Source: a virus (taxonomy: Duplodnaviria; Caudoviricetes). From it: 64,000 nucleotides of DNA. The position numbers and the translations under genes were made by a program. This document shows positions 29,478 to 40,954 of this stretch, in pieces (within the stretch, counting starts at the first letter, position 1; every line of letters starts with the position of its first letter). The DNA is taken from IMG/VR virus record IMGVR_UViG_3300029288_000109, positions 1 to 64,000 of that record, one strand, 5' to 3'. The notes beneath the pieces are model-generated. The model had not been told where the DNA came from and did no database searches. It was given only the letters and a program-made list of their open reading frames with translations.

Positions 29478-29672
29478 ATGTTAACAAAAGGAACAAGAAT
29501 TGTTGTTAATAAGAAATGCGATTTACAAACAATAAGAGGAAAAAAAGGAACAATAGTAAGTATTATAAATAAAGGTTTTTTTACAATCAATCTTGACAAT
29601 GGAGAAAGTTTTAATATGTATCATTCTATTTTTGATAAAATAGAAAAATACGTACATGATGAGGATATATAA
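29478..29672 (+). CDS. EDI-tail protein 12, SH3/KOW-like
   Basis: TKGTRIVV...GKKGTI; ends YVHDEDI. Confidence 0.8.
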   Translation: MLTKGTRIVVNKKCDLQTIRGKKGTIVSIINKGFFTINLDNGESFNMYHSIFDKIEKYVHDEDI

Positions 29673-29785
29673 AAAGTCAACAAAAAATAGTTATTACTTG
29701 TTTAAAACTCAATAAAGACAACAAAAGATAGTAATATATAGTAGTACATAACAGATACATAGTATATACCATGAAGGAGAGTAAA

Positions 29786-30013
29786 ATGAGAAATCAAACC
29801 ATACTAGAAATAGAAGAATTATTTGATGGAGCATGTCCATTTATAACATTAGATAATCGTAATTGTGAAAAATGCAAATACGGGGAAAATAAAAAGATAA
29901 ATGGATATCTATGTTCATACATAAATGAGCACAGAGACGAAGGAATTGAATGGGTGAAAAAAACATTTCCAGAATTGTTTCCAAAAAAATTTAGTATAGA
30001 CGAGGATATATAA
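29786..30013 (+). CDS. EDI-tail protein 13, Cys4 class
   Basis: EIEELF..ACP..CxxC..C..FPELFP; ends FSIDEDI. Confidence 0.78.
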   Translation: MRNQTILEIEELFDGACPFITLDNRNCEKCKYGENKKINGYLCSYINEHRDEGIEWVKKTFPELFPKKFSIDEDI

Positions 30014-30234
30014 TGAGCCTTTCATCTGTAGTTTGTTTATCTTCAACAATTGGATGGGGACCAGATAATAGAGAAGCATTTATAAAGAAATGTCAGGAAA
30101 TTCAAAGTAAACAAAAACATATTATGGATGATGTTATATTTGACATATTTATTGATAATATAAATAATAAAGTAGATTGTAGAGATTATAAAGAATTTAA
30201 AAAGAACGTTGCAAAGGAAATTAATAACTTATGA
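30013..30234 (+). CDS. untagged hypothetical protein
   Basis: Coupled to both neighbours (TAATG, ATGA). Confidence 0.55.
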   Translation: MSLSSVVCLSSTIGWGPDNREAFIKKCQEIQSKQKHIMDDVIFDIFIDNINNKVDCRDYKEFKKNVAKEINNL

Positions 30235-30461
30235 AGTTTAGACTTGGTGATAAAGTAAGGATTACGCAAGGAAACGTAAAAACACCAGTACTGGTTTCAA
30301 TTTATGAAGGAGCAACTGGAATAATAGTAAAACTTGTTCCTATGTATAAACAATATGATGTAAAAATAAAATGTAAGGATAATAATATTAATGGAATCTT
30401 TACATTTAATGAAAAGTTTGTAGTCGCTCAAAATACTTTTAAACTTGAAGAGGACATATGA
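30231..30461 (+). CDS. EDI-tail protein 14, SH3/KOW-like
   Basis: RLGDKVRI...GATGII; ends FKLEEDI. Confidence 0.8.
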   Translation: MKFRLGDKVRITQGNVKTPVLVSIYEGATGIIVKLVPMYKQYDVKIKCKDNNINGIFTFNEKFVVAQNTFKLEEDI

Positions 30462-30655
30462 ACATTGGTGACTTGGTAATTATTAATAACAGTTGTATGT
30501 GTACTAATTTAATAGGTAAAAAGTTCAGGATAAATAGTTTTCCATCAGATTCAGAAATTGGTTTATCCAAATCAGATAAACATGCACATATTGGAACTGT
30601 ATATAGAACATCAGTTAATAAAATTAATCATTTTAGACACGAGGAGGATATATGA
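30458..30655 (+). CDS. EDI-tail protein 15, SH3/KOW-like
   Basis: NIGDLVII...GKKFRI; ends FRHEEDI. Confidence 0.8.
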   Translation: MNIGDLVIINNSCMCTNLIGKKFRINSFPSDSEIGLSKSDKHAHIGTVYRTSVNKINHFRHEEDI

Positions 30656-30873
30656 CAACAGAAGAAGAAATAGAGAAATACTTGTTTAAATCTAAATGCC
30701 CAATTCCTGAAAACAAACGTAATTGTAATCCATCATGTAAATATTCAAACAAGGATAGAACAACCACCATTTGTAATGATATATATCATATGAAGCTTAA
30801 AGGCTTAGCCGCTGTAAAAAAGAAATATCCTCATTTATTTCCAAATAGATTCAAGTTTGATGAAGACATATGA
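30652..30873 (+). CDS. EDI-tail protein 16, Cys4 class
   Basis: TEEEI..YLF..KCP..CxxxC..C..YPHLFP; ends FKFDEDI. Confidence 0.78.
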   Translation: MTTEEEIEKYLFKSKCPIPENKRNCNPSCKYSNKDRTTTICNDIYHMKLKGLAAVKKKYPHLFPNRFKFDEDI

Positions 30874-31118
30874 AAATTTCAGTTAAAAAAGACCTCAAAA
30901 TAGATATTGAAGAAGTAAAAAACTTTATTTTAACTGGGTCATGTAGAGGACAAATATGTGATAATTGCAATTTATATAATCAACAAGACGGTTATGATGA
31001 AAATACTTTTGATATATGTTCTTTTATAATGAAATTTAAAAAAAGAATGAGCCTTGATGAAATAGTTGCTGCAATAATGAAAACACAATACAAATTTATA
31101 ATTGATGAAGATATATAA
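30870..31118 (+). CDS. EDI-tail protein 17, Cys4 class
   Basis: DIEEV..FI..C..CxxC..C; ends FIIDEDI. Confidence 0.78.
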   Translation: MKISVKKDLKIDIEEVKNFILTGSCRGQICDNCNLYNQQDGYDENTFDICSFIMKFKKRMSLDEIVAAIMKTQYKFIIDEDI

Positions 31119-31131
31119 GGAGGATATAAGA

Positions 31132-34100
31132 ATGTTTGGTCTTAACGATATAAGAGAAAGAACAGAATATTTGATAACCCTGGCAATAGAATCAATATGT
31201 AACAACTACACTAATCCGAAGTTCTCAATTCCGATGTGTATCGAGGAGACAATCAATGAGGCTACCAAAAATACAACAGTATGTTTAATCCTGTTTGAAC
31301 ATTACAAAGAAATCATGTATCACTACACGTTGTTTGTAGATGATACTAATATAAATGTTCCAGTTGATGAAATAAGCAAGATTATAGCCTTTATTGTAAA
31401 AGTTGGTATATATGACATAATTACAAGTAAGATTATTAAAAGAGGTATTGAATATTCATCTGATTATGATATTGAATTTATTGAGAGTATAAAACAATGA
31501 CTCATGGTGATGCTTTGATGATTGGCGCAACAATAGCAAATAAAGTTCGTACCAAGCAAGAAATTACTGAAGCAGAAACGGTTATATACTTCTTATATAA
31601 AGAAGTAGAACATTTATCACAACAAGTAGATCATGGAATGTATTTAAAAAAAGAACCTATACCAGAAGTTTTGATAACCGCCGAAAAAGAAAACCTTGAT
31701 ATTGTTGACGAAGCACTTAAAAAGATTAAGGAAAGTTGTATACACTTTCCAAAAGGAGACTAAACAATGTGTATAGACTATATAGCAAAAATTCCAATTA
31801 AAAATAAAATAATAATTGATGGAAAAGAATATTATTATGGTTGGAAAATATATGAAAAAAGTAAAGTATATAAAGAAAACGGAAAACGAGTTTTACACAA
31901 TATGTATTTTTTTACTAATGATATAATACCAATAAACAAATGGATTAAAAGATTTATCCATTTTAATGGAATTGAAAAAATAACAACTTCACATAGCACA
32001 ATATTTAATAAAGAATACTATGAAGCCGGTATTCATGTATACGTAAATAGACCCCGCCACAAAGTTAAATATCCTTTTGTTATTAGAAAAGTTATTTTTA
32101 CTAAAAATAGTATTTTAACAACTGGTTATGAATCATCTAAAAAAGTAGTTGTTGTAAAAAGAATGAAAATACTATAAAAGGAGAATAAACATGAAACAAC
32201 AAAAACCACAAGAAGAAAAACGAATTGAAATAGATGGATTATCTGATACAACTAATGAACTGGAACGGACAATAAAACTACTTAATAGAGCTTGTATGGA
32301 TGCGGTATGGGCCTTCTGCAAAAGTGAGCCTGAATGGAGAGGTAGATACTGGAGTGGTGGACATAAAAACGATTAGATTAAAAGAAAAGAAATACTTAAA
32401 AAAATTAAGGAAAGTTGTATATACTTTCCAAAAGGAGAATAAACATGAGTAACCATATAAAGAGAGAAGAAAAATTATGAAACATTATTGTAAAGATACA
32501 AAAAATTGTCCATGGATGAAACCTAATATGTCTCTATGTCATGGATGTAATATATACCATGATTCAGGAACAAAACTTTATATACAGCTACATAATGGAA
32601 TGCCATTTAAATTTTTCAATACAATTGAAGCCGCCGGTAAATTTTTTGCACATAATACGATACTTATTGATGGATGGTTACTTCAGGGTCCAACAATGCA
32701 TAGTGAGAGTCAACCATCATTAATTTTTTGGGCTAAAGAATCATATCTAGAAAAAAGAACATATTTAACACAAAAAGAAATTACAATATTTAGTCAATCA
32801 TTTTTTAAAGAAAGAGGAAAAATAATGGGAAGTAAGGTTATATAAGGAAACAGAATGACACCAAAAGAAAAACTCAAGAAACTAATAGGATATCTTATTA
32901 AGAATCAGTTTTGTCAAAACGATGAACATAAAAGTTGTAACAAAATATACAAAGATGATGGAACAAGAATATCTGGTGCTGACAAAATATGTGAAAAATG
33001 TTGGGAGGAAAGATAAATGAAAGGTATGGGAGAAATAACAAATCTATTAGGTGAATTATCTTCTTTAGAAAAACAACAAGAAAATTTGACACAAAAAATA
33101 CAAGAATTCAATAATAAAATTATTGAAACAGCCGCTCGAACTTATCCGATATCTGTTTATATTGAAAGGTGTACACAAATATTTGAAAATGAAGAAAACG
33201 ATTCTTATTTAGATGATTCCGATACTCTTAGGTACATATATAACATAATAAATAAAGCAGAAGTAAAAATAGAAGAAATTAGATGGGTAGAATACCATCC
33301 TAGGAGATATACTATTGTTTTAAACACATATGATAAATATGCACCTGGTTATCAATTTGATTTAACTCTTTCTCCTGGTTTTAAAACATTAAAAGAAGCA
33401 CAAAAATGGGTTAAACTACTTGGATTTAAAGAGGTGCCATAATGTGTCTAGACACAATTGAACCAATACGTGTACGAAATAATTACGGATGGAAAGTATT
33501 TAAAGAATATCCAATTATAGGGAAAAAGAATACATCATATTTTCAAGGATTGTTTTATCCAATAGCAAAAATGGTAAAGAATAAGTTATATAAAGCGCCT
33601 AAATCAGATACACTAATATCTACAGACTATTTTGGACACATGTATGTGCCAGGATTTCATGTTTTTCTTAGAAAACAAGACGCAAAAGAAGTATGCGTGG
33701 ACGAAATAGAAAGTAGATCATATGATAAAGGTAACGGTTATAAAATATCCTTACAAAAAGTAATGTTTAATAAAAAAGATATTATAGTAACAGGAACACA
33801 AGATGGCTATCCTGTTGTTGTTGTTAAATCTATAAAAATAGTATAAGGAGTAACAAATGAAGAAAAAAGATCAAAAAAAGTTTAATAAATTAGTATTTAA
33901 TGCTATTAAAGCACAATATAAAGCACACAAAAAAGAAATTATTTCTAAAATTAAAGATGTTACCAAAGAAGATATATACATAAAAGATTTTTGTAAAATG
34001 TTTATACCTTTTATTCTTTTTGGGCAATATGATGAAGGATTTACCCCCAAAGAAATAATTAATGAAATAGAAAATATGGCAAATATTATAGCAAAAGTAA

Positions 34101-37100
34101 TATCAACTAATTATGAATTTGGTTTTGAAAAAGAACTTCGTATAATATTTAGACAAAAAATCTTTGATTGTATTATGAGCAATATTGCTTATTTTATAAC
34201 CACACGTTTGATTTCGTTAGATAATAATCACACAGCTATGATTGAAAAGATAGCGTATTTAAATAAATGGGCCAATAATGATTTCAAGGAGTAACATATG
34301 AAAATAGGCATATCAGCAAAAGATTATCGTGGATATGATAACGGAATACTAGACGAATCAAAAGAAAATCACGAAATAACTTTTCTTATCCCTTGTTGTA
34401 GTAATGATAGAACACAAGGAATACTTAATTTAAATGGTGACATGAAAGACAATATTGTAATAGTATTTGAAAAACCAGAAGAAATAGAAGATATGCTAAC
34501 AGCATTAGGAACAATGATAAGACTTATGTTGAAAACAAAAGGAAAATAAAAATGAAAGAACATAAAATAATAATTACAATATGTACAAATGATAATAGTA
34601 TTTGTAATAGCAATATATGCGATATTACAAGTGGCTACTGCGAACAACGTTGTAAATTTTTAGCAAAATATAAAGATCATCGCGGAAATCTAACATTAGA
34701 CCCAAGAATATGGGCCCATAGAAGTCTATATTGTCATCTATTTGAGGTTTTACTTCCTAATGGTGCACGATGTCAAGAATGTCTTGATGCAGATATAAAT
34801 GATAAATAAGGAGCCTTAATGAAAATAAGAATTTACCCCGTTGACGAAAAGTTAACGGTATTATATACAGAATTAAGTGTAGCAGAAGCTATATGTAATC
34901 ATTGTGACGCAAAAATAATACGTAAGACATGGCATCGAGAAATGGGTCGTGGATTTATCATTGATAAATCAGTAAAGGAGATAAAACTGGTATGATTACA
35001 ATAAAATTAGAAGTTAAAATGGCACATGACAATACAATCATAAAATGTTCAAAATGTGATAATCCAGTTCCAAAAGAATCAGGATGGATATTAAAAGATT
35101 TTACTCAAGAAATATTTATATGTAATACATGTGTACAAAAAGGAGTAACAAATGAAAATAGCAGTTCTGATAGCTGATGGACCAAATGAAGTTGAGATTA
35201 CAAGCATGGTCTTTTCATCAATTGAAAAGGGTCTTGCAAAAGTAAAAGAAATTACTGGTAAAGATATGGAATTTAGTCATGGACAAAAAGAATGGCGTTT
35301 AGACATAGCAGATCTTCTTGAAAAAGAAGCAGACATAGAAAAAGAATTATATAAGAAATTTAGATCCAACAAAGACGATGACAATATACATGAAAAAGTA
35401 TATAAAGAAAAAGAAAGACTTGGCCATACATGTCTTACTAATAAATTATTTACTTATTATAATGGTGGTTGTGGAGAAATGTGGAATTTGCGCCTTAAAG
35501 AAGTAGAAGAAGGTACTCCATTCTGTTGTTTTGATTTGGACTGAAAAGGAGAAACAAATGGCTAATGCTCTGATAATAGGTCTTGTTATAGCGGTAATGG
35601 CAATTGGTGATCAAGTTGGTTTAGGATGTAATTTTAAAACAAACAACAATATTATATGGAGTATTTCTTTAATAATTATACAAGCAGGATGGTTATTACA
35701 GACAACATATGGTTTATCAGAAGAAAGAAAAATAAATGCTATATATGAATATATAAGGAAACAAAAAAATAATGACTGAAGAATCAAACTCAATAGATAT
35801 TTTAATTACAAGACTTAGGGAACTAAAAAATAAAATGAAATCTACACATCAAGAATGGTATGAAGCTTTTAATTTCGATGCTTATCATTCACACGAAAAT
35901 CCTCGTCCACCATCTACAACTCATGCTAAAGCGATTATTATGAACAAAGCATAACAGGATTATCTACGCGCTTTAGAAGACGCAGAATTGCCAATTCTTG
36001 GAATAACAAAATTTGACGCTTATAAAAGGCTTAGTAAAGCATATGGTGATTTTAAAATGGATAGCTCTACTAATTATTTTGAAATGGAAATAACCCCAGA
36101 ACTAAAAGAAAAGTGGGACACATGGCTTTTCGTATCAAAGAAACATAAAGAAATTAATGATAAATGGAAAGAGTTTTTAAAAACTATCGAGGAGGATACA
36201 TAATGACACCAGTAGAAATGCTTAAACTTATAAACTTTTGTATTATTCTAAAACTTGCTGGATATGATAAAGAGGCGCCACTTTTGGCAAAAGCATTAAA
36301 ATATATTGATAAACTCGAAAAGAAATTAAAGGAGAATCATATAAATTATGACTAAAGAAGAATTTAATAACCTGGAAATAGGTGATATTATATATCGTAA
36401 TAGTGAAGATTTAGAAGATGATATTCAAGGAAAATTAAAAGTTGTTTATAAAAATGGACAACATATTGGAATAGAAACCATATTTGATAGGCGCTATTCT
36501 GCACATTATGAACATTTCAGAACCACCAAAAAGAAACTTAAAAAAGATGATGATATAGTAACATTAAAAATAATAAAAACAATAACTGGGCTAACAAGAG
36601 TAGAAGCAAAGAAAGTAGCTATTGATATAGGATTTACTGTTCCGCAATTTGATAGTAGCAAAGATTTTAAAATACAAACAAAATGCAAAATTAAGGAGAA
36701 AATAAATAATTAAATCATTACGCGAAGAATTAAAACCATTTTGGGTAACAAATTTCTTTAATGCTCAGTCAATGGACCATCAAAAACATTCCAAAATATT
36801 GCGAACAAAAATAGAAGAAATAATTGAACAAACCAATAACAATACTAAAAAATTAGAATTAATTGAGAATAAAGTTGAATTACTTATTTATAATACAGCT
36901 CGTTTTCAAGAAATATTATCTCAATATAAAACACAAAGGAGAAAATAGATGGACGACGCATATTAAGATGTTGAAATGAGTCTTTATCGTAACCCCGATA
37001 TATTTGAAATATGTTATGACGACGAAGAAGTCGATATACAAATGAGTAAATCTTTTGCTAAACGAATAGTAAAATTTCTCACAGAGCAATACAATCTGTA

Positions 37101-37823
37101 AAGGAGACAAGAAAATGGATGATTATATAAAGCAAGCAATAGAATGTTTAATATGGTATACCGATAAGCAAATAAAGAAATATGAAAACTTAATAAAAGA
37201 TATGTCAATTCAGTATCAAGAATCAAAACGCGGGACAATGCAAAAACAAATATTTGAAAGATATCTTAGGGATTATAGAAGCACTAAAAATGCTTTGAAA
37301 AGGCTTACGGCATGATTTATACATTCCTATTCTTTGGATGGCTAATAGGATTTATATCACATATGATACTTTTTTCATTGCTTGCACAGAAAACATATGA
37401 CCATGAACACACATCAACAGGAATTGAAATAATAGGTGTTTTATTTTGTTCTGCCATATGGCCAATAATATGTATAACTGGTTTTATTTATTTTGTAATT
37501 CTTATTATATGGAAAAGCTTAATGATTCTTTTTGACAAAACGGTGAAATAAAAATGGCAAAAACCAAAACATATTATGGTAACCTTTATTTTGGCGATAA
37601 TGTATTTTCATTTTCTACAACAAAAGAAATAATAGAAAAATTCGCTGAAACATTAGAACAACAATCACAACAAATAATGAAAGAATTTAAACACAAATAC
37701 CCAAAAGGCAAAATAATACAAACTGAATATGGTGCAGACCATATACGAGCATACCTTCCAGGTGGTGACAGAAAAGATCACATAATACCAATATTAATAA
37801 TACATTTTGAAGATCAAAAATAA
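31132..37823 (+). CDS. dense run of about 20 small hypothetical genes, including paralogues 31767-32177 and 33442-33846
   Basis: Consecutive plus-strand ORFs with GGAG SDs and start/stop overlaps; no recognisable family motifs. Confidence 0.6.
31715..32444 (+). repeat. 51-bp near-identical direct repeat (31715-31765 and 32394-32444) containing a hairpin and an SD
   Basis: ACTTAAAAA(G/A)ATTAAGGAAAGTTGTATA(C/T)ACTTTCCAAAAGGAGA(C/A)TAAAC. Confidence 0.85.
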
Positions 37824-37908
37824 TGCTAAAAAAGAAAAAACCACCAAGCAAAATAGTTTACAATATAGTTTGTGGTGAAATGGTAATAACATTACAAAAG
37901 GAGAAAAA

Positions 37909-38658
37909 ATGTATAAAATAGGATTTGAATATGAAGGAGTAATAACAAACACAGAAACAGGTGTAATAACACGATGGTCAAACATACAACAAGGAATAAG
38001 AGACAAAATTAAAGAAAGAGCCCCAAGAGGATATTTGATAGACCCTGTAGACAATTATGATTGTCTCGCAGAAGTTCGTGTATTACTCGATGCCAATGAA
38101 AATTATGAACCAGAATATATGCTTTTTGCATTATTCAGAAATATCGTAGCAGTAAATAATGCATTTTTGCAAAATGGTTATACTATTATATGGGGAGAAA
38201 AACTAATCCCAAAAGAATTACATAATCAAATCATTGGCTCAACACTGGACAAAGAAAAATGTAAAAACGAAAAAGAAACATTTACGTTTAATGGTCATTA
38301 TGGTGTTATGCGATTTCATAATAACCCCAAAGATTTTTATAGAGGCGGCGGACTACACATTAATATTTCTGGAATAGATAAGAGAGATTATTTTGCATTT
38401 ATTATAAACATGCATCGATATATGCAGTCATGGTTAGGCCATAAATGGCATTCTCATTATCGTGACAATATTTTATGGCGCGACAAAACAATAAATAATA
38501 TTCCAGTTATTGAATATATGAGTTTTGGTTTAAACATTGGTGCTCTAAACGACAAAAGAGAATTCATAGAAATGTATAACTTTGTAAAACACCAGTTTCA
38601 CTGGGCACAAACATTAATCCAAACAGTAAAAAAGTATACAAAGGAGAATAAACAATGA
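37909..38658 (+). CDS. COOH-NH2 ligase (glutamine-synthetase-like fold)
   Basis: IGFEYE, D..AEVR, GGGLHINIS, VIEY motifs in the expected order. Confidence 0.6.
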   Translation: MYKIGFEYEGVITNTETGVITRWSNIQQGIRDKIKERAPRGYLIDPVDNYDCLAEVRVLLDANENYEPEYMLFALFRNIVAVNNAFLQNGYTIIWGEKLIPKELHNQIIGSTLDKEKCKNEKETFTFNGHYGVMRFHNNPKDFYRGGGLHINISGIDKRDYFAFIINMHRYMQSWLGHKWHSHYRDNILWRDKTINNIPVIEYMSFGLNIGALNDKREFIEMYNFVKHQFHWAQTLIQTVKKYTKENKQ

Positions 38659-40130
38659 AATATATTTATGAATTAAAAATAGAAGAAGTAAAAGATGAAG
38701 TTATTGCAACCGAAATAAGAGTATTTTCAACACAAAAAATGGCTGAAAATTATGTAGAAGAAAATTGGGGTGTTAATAGATGGACAATAAATATGTTATT
38801 TCCTTGGCCATCACAATGGTGTATTTTTACAAAGAATTTTAAATTCACAATTACAAAACTTCCAATAGATAAAAAGGACTAATATGATAACCCAAAAAGA
38901 AACGATTTTCGTCCCCAAAAGAATTAGAAAAACACTAAATAAACTATCGGCAAAAGCCTATCATGGAATGTGGGCATCATTTTCACATGGTTCAAATATA
39001 CTAAATATTATCGCTATAATAAAAGAGAGAGAAAAAGATCCACAATATATACCAAATAAAAAAGTATATAAAATATATGAAGCAAGAGCCAATGGTAATC
39101 AATTGGAAATAAAAGTTACAAGCGAACATCACAATGTAGACGATGCTTATAGAGCATTTGATTTAGTTGATAGACAACAAACTATAGAAGAAAGTAGTGA
39201 TCAATATGACAACTAAATTAATGTCTCCAAAAGAATACAGAATAGCACGTAAACAACAAATAGTTGCAAGATTTAAAGAACTATATCCTAATGGATGCTT
39301 TATCATAAGTAAACAATTTTATACTAATGAATCACGTAGATGCCCTATATGGGATCATAAAGACCATACAGGAGAAACTCATCGTATAAGACGTGGTGTG
39401 CCACTTGAAATAGTACATGAATATACCCTATGTCTTGATTTCAATACTGGTGCTATTGGATACGAAAAAGGAATAGAATACATTAGAAATAAAAGTTTTA
39501 CTGTATTTGAAAATGGTGAAATACAAAATAATGCATCATTTAATAGATTACACGGTATTATAAGACGATACAGTTCACTTGAAAAATTCTTGGCCGCTAC
39601 CAAAAAATATGCTGTGCCACAAATAATGATTGATACATTCATGGGAAAGTACAACGAGGAGAACAAACAATGACAGCACGAGAAGCATTAGCATTTCTGG
39701 ACAAAATTAAAGCATGTGATGATATTAATATTCAAATGGAAGGATATTATTCAAATAAAATAATAAAAATTGAATTTATTAATAATGATACTAGAAAAAA
39801 TATTGTCTTAGTTCCGCATTCTGGTATGGGTGACGCAGAAATAAGAATTGAAAAGGAAATATAACAATGAAATGCATGGTATGTGGAAAACTTCTTGATT
39901 GCAATCAAAGTTATAAGCTTACAATCGAGGAAGAACACTGGATGCATAAAAATTGCCGCCATAATATTACATTTTCATTATGCGAAGAGCACAAAAAGCT
40001 TTTTGAAAGCTATATTGATTTTGCAGGAGATGCTTTCTATAAGGAATATTGTGAGGCAGCGCAAAAAGCAACCGATAAAATCCTTTTTCAAAATACCATA
40101 GACGGAATAATGGATAATACACGAATTTAA
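38655..40130 (+). CDS. five small hypothetical genes
   Basis: Coupled ORFs 38655-38882, 38884-39216, 39197-39673, 39670-39864, 39867-40130. Confidence 0.55.
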
Positions 40131-40374
40131 AATTGGAGAAGTAGTTATTTTATCAAATCTAACCTCTTTTAGTGTAAGTATTAGACCGCACCTAAAAGGT
40201 GCTATTGTAAGAATAATAGAATTCTATGGTGATAAAGATTGTAGAGTAGAATTTAAAACAAAAGATATACCAGGAAAACTTGGAAAACAATATTATGGAC
40301 GTAATGGAACATGGGGTGTAATGATGCAAGAATTGACAAAGAAATATAATTTTAAAATTGAGGAGGATATATAA
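40114..40374 (+). CDS. EDI-tail protein 18, SH3/KOW-like; absent from the ORF track, non-canonical start
   Basis: Hand translation IIHEFKIGEVVILSN...HLKGAIVRIIEF...CRVEF...KYNFKIEEDI-stop; TAATG overlap with the next ORF. Confidence 0.72.
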   Translation: MIHEFKIGEVVILSNLTSFSVSIRPHLKGAIVRIIEFYGDKDCRVEFKTKDIPGKLGKQYYGRNGTWGVMMQELTKKYNFKIEEDI

Positions 40375-40521
40375 TGGAACCAGAATTTGAAAAAGAAGTA
40401 AACAACCTGCTTATTTTAGAAAAAACAAATTTTAAAGGACATAAAACAAAAGAATTGTTTGCAACCGTTAAAAGATTTAGAATGGCAATGAAAGAAAAAA
40501 CTATAGGAGAGGCCCAATACC

Positions 40522-40953
40522 ATGATTTCAATAATCGCAACTTTTAAACCAACTTCGGACGAAACAAAAATAAAAGAAATAAAATCAGAAATAGCTCATT
40601 TAATCGAATTAAAAGGTACAACTTGCTGGGATATAGTTAAAGACGAAACACAAATTATAGGAATGAGAATTTCATTACATAGTTATGAACTTAAAGAAAT
40701 AATGAAAATATATAAAACAATTCAAAATACAAAAATAAACGAAGTATCATTAGAGATAGTTCAACATGGCGCTTTTAACGAAGAAAATACATCTTCAAAA
40801 GATATTGAATCATTTATAATAAAAGTATCAAAAATGCGTCAAGTTATTGATGCCATGATTATAACAATAAGTGATTTTAATATAAATGATTTTGATAAAC
40901 ATTTTAAAACTTTTGAAAATACTTCAAAATCAATATTAAATCAAGTGATATAA
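40522..40953 (+). CDS. hypothetical protein heading the ligase cluster
   Basis: GGAGAGG SD; abuts the amidoligase gene. Confidence 0.6.
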   Translation: MISIIATFKPTSDETKIKEIKSEIAHLIELKGTTCWDIVKDETQIIGMRISLHSYELKEIMKIYKTIQNTKINEVSLEIVQHGAFNEENTSSKDIESFIIKVSKMRQVIDAMIITISDFNINDFDKHFKTFENTSKSILNQVI

Positions 40954-40954
40954 A

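Noticed and set aside
29672-29734. Imperfect 21-bp tandem repeat (AAAGTCAACAAAAAATAGTTA / AAAGACAACAAAAGATAGTAA)
   Set aside because: Two A-rich copies only; could be an operator, but chance cannot be excluded
25571-31118. EDI tail as a pure by-product of SD plus start/stop overlap, or an integron-like cassette array
   Set aside because: Not fully excluded, but synonymous variation, retention without a downstream gene and the conserved upstream aromatic argue against it; no attC-like palindromes or integrase are seen
25571-31118. Diversity-generating retroelement behind the paralogue diversity
   Set aside because: No reverse transcriptase in the window and no near-identical template/variable repeat pair differing at adenines
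35988-36203. ORF ending IEEDT as a 19th tail member
   Set aside because: Terminal Thr, no aromatic at -7, neither fold; explained by the GAGGAGG SD of the next gene
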